From: a virus
Lineage: Duplodnaviria > Caudoviricetes
DNA length: 64,000 nucleotides
IMG/VR virus record: IMGVR_UViG_3300032254_000001
Span: 280,484 to 344,483 of that record
Direction: 5' to 3' (one strand)
A program made the translations under genes and the position numbers. Each line of letters opens with the position of its first letter. The stretch's first letter is position 1. Positions 57,889-64,000 of the stretch are shown here, in pieces. The notes beneath the pieces were generated by a model. It was not told the DNA's origin. It was given only the letters and a program-made list of their open reading frames with translations, and did no database searches.

Positions 57889-57913
57889 GAAAGCCGGGTC
57901 TAGCCCGGCTTTC
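57889..57913 (-). terminator. Hairpin after AAA gene, probable terminator
   Basis: GAAAGCCGGG-TCTAG-CCCGGCTTTC, 10-bp stem, short U tract. Confidence 0.65.
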
Positions 57914-57932
57914 GCTTGGTTGGTGCTAGTGA

Positions 57933-59078
57933 TTACTCACTAGCGTTAATGATGTACTTACCGTAACGCTTGTGGAACTCATCGAAGTTCTTAAGCTTAG
58001 TAGGCAACATTGGAAGGTTGTAAGTAGTAAGGGCTACTCGAGCACCCATAACAACCAACTCAGTTTCGAAGTTGTCCATCATAAAGCGGAAGAAGTTATC
58101 CGCCATCTTGTGGAAGTCGTTGTCTTTAACGCCGTTTGTGATAGCGTCCTTCAACTCATAACACATGGATACCACCAGCGAGTACATTGCTGATACTTCT
58201 TTAACTTCTAACGTGCTAACCTTACCTTCGAGTATGTCTGATGGGTTAGGCATTTTGCTTGCTACCTTACGGTGAGCAACAAACTTCACAGCCAGGCCTT
58301 CGCCAACTGTACCAGCAACTAAGTCAGTCACAGTCTTATTGTCCAGACCTTCGTCATCAATCAGGTCACTTACAAATACCCACGAACGAGGTGTTGCAAA
58401 TGCACGGCTTGAGCTCTTAGGTTCGAAGTCATACAGATCCTGTTTAGCAAAGTTCAAGTAACCAACAACATCTTTGTGGACGCCGTTTTGTACTGCCCAT
58501 TCAAACCAGTCGTCGAATGAAACTTTCATTTCAAAGTGAACGAAACGGTTAGCTAACGGAGTTGGCATGCGGAACGTAACACCTTTATCGCTTTCACGGT
58601 TACCGGCTGCTAACATTACAACATTGTCTGGAAGACGGTACTTACCAATACGACGGTTCAGGATTAGCTGGTATGCCGCAGCAAGAACTGATGGTGGAGC
58701 ACTGTTCATTTCATCAAGGAACAATACTACAATTGGAAGGTCTTTAATTTTAGCACCTGTTTGTGCTTCAACTTCAAACTGGCCTGCTTCAATTGCATCA
58801 ACTACAAGCTGTTCAGCCTGTGGTAAATCAACTGGTTGCGCCCAGTCCATAATTGCGTCGTCTTTATTGTAAAAAGGAATACCACGGATATCCGTTGGTT
58901 CCATTTGACCAAGACGTAAATCATACATGGCACCGCCTAAGTCTTTAGTAATACCTTCAACTAGTTCTGATTTACCAATACCTGGTGGACCCCAAATGAA
59001 CGCTGGACGTTTAACTGCGAAACAACGCATAATTGAACGGCGTACTTCTTTGGATGTAAGTTGACGATGATCTGACAT
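57933..59078 (-). CDS. MoxR-like AAA+ ATPase
   Basis: Walker A WGPPGIGKS, Walker B LFLDEMN, AAGNRESD, PLANRF. Confidence 0.9.
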   Translation of the reverse strand: MSDHRQLTSKEVRRSIMRCFAVKRPAFIWGPPGIGKSELVEGITKDLGGAMYDLRLGQMEPTDIRGIPFYNKDDAIMDWAQPVDLPQAEQLVVDAIEAGQFEVEAQTGAKIKDLPIVVLFLDEMNSAPPSVLAAAYQLILNRRIGKYRLPDNVVMLAAGNRESDKGVTFRMPTPLANRFVHFEMKVSFDDWFEWAVQNGVHKDVVGYLNFAKQDLYDFEPKSSSRAFATPRSWVFVSDLIDDEGLDNKTVTDLVAGTVGEGLAVKFVAHRKVASKMPNPSDILEGKVSTLEVKEVSAMYSLVVSMCYELKDAITNGVKDNDFHKMADNFFRFMMDNFETELVVMGARVALTTYNLPMLPTKLKNFDEFHKRYGKYIINASE

Positions 59079-59124
59079 ATTGTAACTCCTGGCTTATTGT
59101 ATTAAATTGGGTTGTTTTGTTAAC

Positions 59125-59165
59125 CTATGTACTAATTATAACATCATTAGAACAAAGGTCTACCT
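59125..59165 (-). promoter_or_regulatory. Early sigma70 promoter of AAA gene
   Basis: TAGACC-16-TATAAT with TG extension; TATAATTAGTACATAG identical to 57512-57527. Confidence 0.7.
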
Positions 59166-59180
59166 ATTTTTTAAATTATT

Positions 59181-59486
59181 TTAAAAGTATTTCACTCTAG
59201 TACGGTCTGTATTAGCAAACCTTAATGTATACAGCTCCTCAGCGGTTGTGTAATTGCCAATTTGGCTATTGCCATCCTGGTTGATACCAACAGTAGTACC
59301 ATGCAAAGAATCTTCCATATCACGCGCATCAAGGTATTGGAAACCACTGTAATTACCGCTTTCATGTAGTACTGATTCAACCAGCACTTGTAATGCATTG
59401 CGGGCAGCAACGTCCTCATCTGGCAGGTTTTTAAGCATGCCATTTACCTTGTTTTTTAACGCTTCTACTTCAAATGTCTTACGCAT
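59181..59486 (-). CDS. Hypothetical early protein
   Basis: ESVLHESGNYSGFQYL; own promoter. Confidence 0.6.
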   Translation of the reverse strand: MRKTFEVEALKNKVNGMLKNLPDEDVAARNALQVLVESVLHESGNYSGFQYLDARDMEDSLHGTTVGINQDGNSQIGNYTTAEELYTLRFANTDRTRVKYF

Positions 59487-59523
59487 ATTATGTACCTTTG
59501 CTCGTTATCTAACTGTTATATGT

Positions 59524-59558
59524 ATTATATGATTATCTAGCTAAAAGGTCAACCTTTT
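59524..59558 (-). promoter_or_regulatory. Early sigma70 promoter with palindromic -35
   Basis: TTGACC(59552-59547)-17-TATAAT(59529-59524); AAAAGGT-CA-ACCTTTT at 59543-59558. Confidence 0.8.
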
Positions 59559-59741
59559 TATTAACTAATTTGCTAATAATCTGCCGCAGAATAGCCCACT
59601 CTTTGTAAGTGCTTGTTTTATATAGATTTATTTTTTTAGCAGGGCTGCTAAGTTGTTGATTTATATAGGGGAAATAAATGCAAATTATCTGCGGTCTTTT
59701 ACGCTGTACACGTATACTAGCCGCAGATCATGTGCTTAATG

Positions 59742-59879
59742 CTACTTAGGTGGTACTTTATTGCTAAAATTGCGTACTTTAGCCATAATCCATTCTTGGA
59801 TCCACTTAGCATATGCTGGTTGTGGGAGATTCCACCCTGCAAACATACCAATAATTATGATGAATATTGTATCTAACAT
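59742..59879 (-). CDS. 45-aa single-pass membrane protein
   Basis: MLDTIFIIIIGMFAGWNLPQPAYAKWIQEWIMAKVRNFSNKVPPK*; AAGGAG SD; CTAAATA at 59910-59904. Confidence 0.75.
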   Translation of the reverse strand: MLDTIFIIIIGMFAGWNLPQPAYAKWIQEWIMAKVRNFSNKVPPK

Positions 59880-59911
59880 ATCAAACTCCTTTTAGGTCAT
59901 GAATATTTAGT

Positions 59912-59943
59912 CAAAAAAATAGCCCCGATAAACAGGGCTATTT
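59912..59943 (-). terminator. Rho-independent terminator
   Basis: AAATAGCCC-9 nt-GGGCTATTT stem followed by U tract on minus strand. Confidence 0.7.
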
Positions 59944-59998
59944 CAAATATAGCTTATCGCTAATATTAGAAGTTTAGTCTAATACCAACAATATTGCG

Positions 59999-60223
59999 TT
60001 AGTCGTCGTTGGAAATAATTCTTATCATTTCGTATTTGACTATTTCAATTGATTGATAGCAGCCTTCGAATGTTTTAAGCAGATTAGCTTTTGCAGATTC
60101 AATGCTGACACCTTTATTTACCAGAGTTGTTACACTTCCTGGACCTTTGCTAGTTTCAAAGTAGAATTTAACTTCTCTTACATTGTCAATAGAAATGCTT
60201 GTGTCTGTATTCCAGGGTTTCAT
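59999..60223 (-). CDS. Hypothetical protein
   Basis: Part of tightly packed minus-strand small-gene run. Confidence 0.5.
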   Translation of the reverse strand: MKPWNTDTSISIDNVREVKFYFETSKGPGSVTTLVNKGVSIESAKANLLKTFEGCYQSIEIVKYEMIRIISNDD

Positions 60224-60226
60224 AAA

Positions 60227-60469
60227 TCAATATCCTAATTCTGCGGTTAACAGCTCTAAGTCTGTCTTGCCTTCTCCGCGCAATATAAACAGTTTAACAT
60301 CTTCTATGTAACATCGCAACTCCACTTCTATCTCTTCTGGAGACATTTCATTGTACATATGTTCAACGATTTCATCACCTACTTCGCATTTTCCTACACA
60401 GAACAGTTCGCAATCTTGATTGCATCTGCCAGACTGACCATTGTCAAAACATAAGCCGTGTACACTCAT
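60227..60469 (-). CDS. Cys-containing hypothetical protein
   Basis: C..GRCNQDCELFCVGKC; ATGA overlap. Confidence 0.55.
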   Translation of the reverse strand: MSVHGLCFDNGQSGRCNQDCELFCVGKCEVGDEIVEHMYNEMSPEEIEVELRCYIEDVKLFILRGEGKTDLELLTAELGY

Positions 60470-60669
60470 TTCTTATCCAGTGTTCGTTGAACTTGTAACA
60501 TTGCCCAGTCTAGCTTGTCAGCTGGCATACCATCAACAACAGTTTCTATCGTGTCGTTAATGCCAAAACTACCATACATGCGAGCAAACAAATTTCGCTG
60601 AGCATCTGTGCATTTTGCGAGATCACTCCTAAGAGACTCTCTTGCCATTTTTTCAAGTTTTTCATTCAT
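60466..60669 (-). CDS. Hypothetical protein
   Basis: AGGAG SD; KLDWAMLQVQRT. Confidence 0.6.
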   Translation of the reverse strand: MNEKLEKMARESLRSDLAKCTDAQRNLFARMYGSFGINDTIETVVDGMPADKLDWAMLQVQRTLDKK

Positions 60670-60684
60670 GCTCCTGCCTTGTAA

Positions 60685-60996
60685 TTACGTACCTAGGTAC
60701 ATTTCGTTATCGTCGGATCGACGTTTGTGTATACTGTAAGCGAGTGCAGTTGCTAGCACCGCTTCTTCAAACGTGTCACGTTCACGGTAGTACTCACAGC
60801 GATGACTTAAATTATCTTCGGTGTTTTGTACATAAATTTCTGCGGCATAGCGATGGCTGCCGTAACATGGAGGGGAGATTCCGATGTGTAACTTTTTCAT
60901 TAATGCTATAAGTTGATCAGAATTGTTCTCCGGGTCAAAGCCGTCTTTGTTGACCCTGGCGATTGATGCTATTATTTCTAAGTCTTCACTATTCAC
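60685..60996 (-). CDS. Hypothetical protein
   Basis: GTG start overlapping upstream stop. Confidence 0.5.
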   Translation of the reverse strand: MNSEDLEIIASIARVNKDGFDPENNSDQLIALMKKLHIGISPPCYGSHRYAAEIYVQNTEDNLSHRCEYYRERDTFEEAVLATALAYSIHKRRSDDNEMYLGT

Positions 60997-61246
60997 TTTT
61001 TAGTGTTCCCCAAACCTTATCTTCTTCCCCCTTAGTTATGAATTCTGTACGCTTGCCTTTAAAAATTCGTTCTATTAGACTTGGGCGAATATAGCGACCA
61101 ACTATTTTTTTACTGTGCGTTATGAGGTAGTCATTGTGTCCACACTTAGGACAGACGCCGTCTGTGTCGAAGATATCGCTGTGCCCTAATTGTTCTTCAG
61201 TTTTGGGGCATACTTTAATATGCGAGTATTCTGTGTCAGCTTTCAT
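60989..61246 (-). CDS. Putative Zn-ribbon protein
   Basis: VCPK...VCPKCGH; start 61246 gives TAATG overlap. Confidence 0.5.
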   Translation of the reverse strand: MKADTEYSHIKVCPKTEEQLGHSDIFDTDGVCPKCGHNDYLITHSKKIVGRYIRPSLIERIFKGKRTEFITKGEEDKVWGTLKSE

Positions 61247-61467
61247 TAGTCTTCCCAAGTAAATCCACATTTTATACATTGTGTAAGGTTTGAACCCATA
61301 TAATGTCCTGCCAGTTCAAGTTCACTGTGATCACATTCGATAGCCTCACGCAACCTATCAACTAATTCACTAGCAGAGTCAAGTGTCTCCCTGGCTTGTT
61401 GCTCCTGTTTGATAGCGTTAGCTAATGCTCTTTCAACTTCCTTTAAACCATGTTCAGTAATCGGCAT
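61246..61467 (-). CDS. Coiled-coil protein with C-terminal Zn-ribbon-like motif
   Basis: MPITEHG...ECDH...CIKCG. Confidence 0.5.
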   Translation of the reverse strand: MPITEHGLKEVERALANAIKQEQQARETLDSASELVDRLREAIECDHSELELAGHYMGSNLTQCIKCGFTWED

Positions 61468-61468
61468 T

Positions 61469-61735
61469 TCAGTCGGTAAGTGTTCCAAGCTCTTTTGATT
61501 CAAGTAAAAACTTTTCCACTTTCTCTTTTTTGGCAGCGATGATATGAGGCATCTTATATACAACGATGCCTTCGTTTGCTAACATGTCTAACATAGCAAG
61601 TATCTCGTTGTACTCAGCTTGCAATCTGTCACGCTTTTCAGCAGTAAGGCCGAAGCGCAATATCTTACAAGTTTCTTTGTGTACCTCGGAGCATTCCTCT
61701 CCGAGTATTGTTAATAGGTGTTCTTTACGATTCAT
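61469..61735 (-). CDS. MazG-like NTP pyrophosphohydrolase fold protein
   Basis: LGEECSEVHKETCKILRFG...LQAEYNEILAM. Confidence 0.55.
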   Translation of the reverse strand: MNRKEHLLTILGEECSEVHKETCKILRFGLTAEKRDRLQAEYNEILAMLDMLANEGIVVYKMPHIIAAKKEKVEKFLLESKELGTLTD

Positions 61736-61949
61736 TTATATTCCTGGGTTTAAGGTACCCGAGTTGATAAGTTAGTGTTAATAATCCTAGGCCTACTATC
61801 CATAGTAAACCAAAAAATGATAGTGCATGACTGTCCGAGTACACTAATGTCACGCCTGGAAATAGCATTGCGAACAATGTGCATATACCATCGAACGTAG
61901 GCATGTGTTCGATGTCTCTCATTGCACTATGTATTCGACTCTTAATCAT
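61725..61949 (-). CDS. Small membrane protein
   Basis: Two hydrophobic segments. Confidence 0.5.
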   Translation of the reverse strand: MIKSRIHSAMRDIEHMPTFDGICTLFAMLFPGVTLVYSDSHALSFFGLLWIVGLGLLTLTYQLGYLKPRNINES

Positions 61950-62286
61950 CGTTGAACATTCTCTTGACTGCTTCGTCAATTACTTCGTCCATGCTTGCAC
62001 CACCGTTGTAATACATAACAGTATAATTTATAGAGCCGTCTTCGTTTTGATCTGCAACTGAAAACCCAAACGGATCTAGCTCAGTATCTTCGATTTTGTA
62101 TATGACTTCGTCATGTACGTAAACTTCGCGGTAGCCATCGTCACGTAAACATTCTTCGTACGACGAATGAAAGTCGGACATTTTATATCCAAGTTTCTTA
62201 CAAGCATCTTCGCATCGTTCCTCAAGGGTGACACCCGAAAGGACCATTGGTACTAGTTTGCCTGTGTGTGCTTCTGTGTCGCTCAT
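61942..62286 (-). CDS. Hypothetical protein
   Basis: MSDTEAHTGKL...YYNGGASMDE. Confidence 0.55.
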   Translation of the reverse strand: MSDTEAHTGKLVPMVLSGVTLEERCEDACKKLGYKMSDFHSSYEECLRDDGYREVYVHDEVIYKIEDTELDPFGFSVADQNEDGSINYTVMYYNGGASMDEVIDEAVKRMFNDD

Positions 62287-62690
62287 GCTTTAGTCCTCTT
62301 CATAGCCAGGTAAGTCCTGTCCTTGTCAGTTAGTGAAATACGATCGTTAACAATAAGTGGTGAGTTAGTAACTGCGGCCCAACATGCAAGATGCTCTTCT
62401 TTGCCGTTTGCTGCATGGGCGCATTGATCGCGTGTTGAGCTAATGTAGGTGGTTGCTATAAGCAACTCATCTTCGAGCTCTTGTGTTTCTGTATCAAAGG
62501 TTGTAATACCCTCAGTCATATAAAAGAACTCACCAGCTGGGTAAAAGTTCTGGGTATCCTCATCTAGTATGAACATAGCGTACTCGTCCTCCACCCACTT
62601 AACTACATGGGGGAATTCGTCAGTATCCTTAACACAATGTGGATATTCGTCTAAATTGTTGGATATGTGTAGAACCCTAAATTTGCCCAT
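62283..62690 (-). CDS. Hypothetical protein
   Basis: First gene after early promoter at 62750. Confidence 0.55.
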   Translation of the reverse strand: MGKFRVLHISNNLDEYPHCVKDTDEFPHVVKWVEDEYAMFILDEDTQNFYPAGEFFYMTEGITTFDTETQELEDELLIATTYISSTRDQCAHAANGKEEHLACWAAVTNSPLIVNDRISLTDKDRTYLAMKRTKA

Positions 62691-62721
62691 ACTGCTCAGT
62701 ACCTTGTGATGTAATACATGT

Positions 62722-62813
62722 ATTATACGTGATATTCTGGGCTAGGTCAAGCTAAATTAGGTGGTAAAATAGCTCAAATAAAGGTTGACCTTACGCCCAA
62801 AACCCATTATAAT
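62722..62813. promoter_or_regulatory. Divergent pair of sigma70 promoters
   Basis: Minus: TTGACC(62750-62745)-17-TATAAT(62727-62722). Plus: TTGACC(62785-62790)-17-TATAAT(62808-62813) inside AAGGT-TG-ACCTT. Confidence 0.8.
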
Positions 62814-62847
62814 GTGTATATTAGTAAAGAGTAATGAGTACAGTAAT

Positions 62848-63180
62848 ATGAATGTTGAACTAATATATGCAGATATTGAGGAAATTGTAGTACTGCCTGT
62901 TGGCGGTGCTGCTCTTGAAGCTTATCCGCATGTTCTTAATAAGCTGAACTTATTCTGGGGTTACCCAGAGTTCCATAGCTATGTTAAGACGCTAATGCAG
63001 TCTGACAAAGCCCGCCAGGGCTTTCCAGTAGACGTATTGGTTGAGTTGGTATTCTTGTACGAACTGTACAAAGATAACTACAAGATCATTAACCGCAGTG
63101 CTATGTCTGAACTTGAAGAAATGGCATTTAAGGATACGTTAGGCGTAAACGATATCTGGGCTGGTTATTCTCCAGCATAG
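62848..63180 (+). CDS. Hypothetical protein
   Basis: YPHVLNKLNLFWGYPEF...RQGFPVDVLVEL; start set downstream of promoter. Confidence 0.55.
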   Translation: MNVELIYADIEEIVVLPVGGAALEAYPHVLNKLNLFWGYPEFHSYVKTLMQSDKARQGFPVDVLVELVFLYELYKDNYKIINRSAMSELEEMAFKDTLGVNDIWAGYSPA

Positions 63181-63203
63181 TTCACATACAATTAAATACG
63201 TAT

Positions 63204-64000
63204 GTGAGCGATGAATACTTCCCGATAACAACCAAAACAGCATGTAAATCCAAATGGGCCTGGAGCACCATTTGGTTCTACGACGGCACTACCGCAAGCT
63301 GCCACAGATGCGATAGGCACGAAATAGACATAGATGATTTCGATAACTTCCACAATACACCACCTAAAATAGAACAGCGTGAAGCAATGCTTAACGGCGA
63401 ATGGCCTGCTAGCGGCGGCTGTCACTATTGCCAGAAAACGGAAGATGCTGGCGGAACCAGTGATAGACAATTCCAGTTACAGATCCCAAACCAAACGCCC
63501 ATTGAGGTGATTGCAGACCAAACAGTAACATCATGCACTCCAACTATATTAGAAATATTTCTATCCAATACATGTAACCTCGCTTGCACATATTGTAGAC
63601 CGGCTAACAGTTCTAAAATTGAAGCTGAGTTTAACAAGCATGGTCCATTTAGTGTAGGCGATGTACACTTCAGAAGTAACTACGAAACAATAACAAAGAA
63701 GATTGACACAGAGCAACTCCTTAAGGATAAGTTCTGGGATTGGATGGCTAGGAATTCGGATGCATTACGTCGCTTCCATGTACTTGGTGGTGAGCCATTG
63801 TTTATGAAGGACTTCCAAAAATGTTTGGATCACTGGTGGGATCATCCTAATCCTCTAGTAGAGATAAACGTTGTGTCAAACTTAATGGTATCCGAAGAAC
63901 GCTTTAAAGAATACATAGATTACATTAAGAAGCTTTACGACAACGGAAAGATCAAACGCTTTGATATGACAGCCAGCATTGATTGTTGGGGACCTGAGCA
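63204..64000 (+). CDS. N-terminal twitch radical SAM protein 8 (truncated by window edge)
   Basis: Hand translation from GTG: ACKSKW..SCHRC..GCHYCQ..CNLACTYC..LGGEP, open to the end of the window. Confidence 0.88.
   Translation, partial: MSDEYFPITTKTACKSKWAWSTIWFYDGTTASCHRCDRHEIDIDDFDNFHNTPPKIEQREAMLNGEWPASGGCHYCQKTEDAGGTSDRQFQLQIPNQTPIEVIADQTVTSCTPTILEIFLSNTCNLACTYCRPANSSKIEAEFNKHGPFSVGDVHFRSNYETITKKIDTEQLLKDKFWDWMARNSDALRRFHVLGGEPLFMKDFQKCLDHWWDHPNPLVEINVVSNLMVSEERFKEYIDYIKKLYDNGKIKRFDMTASIDCWGPE

Noticed and set aside
63192-63637. Minus-strand ORFs 63192..63470 and 63425..63637
   Set aside because: Shadows of the plus-strand rSAM starting at 63204
1-64000. Stop-codon recoding, as in some large phages
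   Set aside because: Genes are full length under the standard code, and TAG, TGA and TAA all end genes at tight overlaps
1-64000. Bacterial chromosome or eukaryotic giant virus origin
   Set aside because: The gp46/47/55 genes, contractile baseplate module, SD sites and sigma70 plus T4-type late promoters indicate a bacteriophage

Overview
Fragment of a large, AT-rich tailed-phage genome (jumbo myovirus with T4-superfamily core genes; standard genetic code; no tRNA, rRNA or CRISPR seen). From left to right: (1) minus-strand gp46/gp47 recombination nuclease and gp55-type late sigma factor, with extra genes interleaved; (2) plus-strand baseplate/tail module (tube initiator, LysM gp53-like, hub, gp5-like spike, gp25, gp6, a 4373-aa gp7-like protein, fibre genes) behind (CA)TAAATA late-promoter motifs; (3) a nearly gap-free ~19 kb, 21-gene operon (31441-50492) with seven N-terminal-twitch radical SAM paralogues, several glycosyltransferase-like genes, a NodU/CmcH carbamoyltransferase and small interspersed ORFs, which is the best candidate for an undescribed modification system; (4) minus-strand thyA/dfr, an array of eight small paralogous proteins, a VWA-metallopeptidase/MoxR AAA pair and small early genes under near-consensus sigma70 promoters with a palindrome over the -35 box; (5) an eighth twitch radical SAM gene truncated by the right edge. 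All product calls come from motif recognition by eye; no database search was run.
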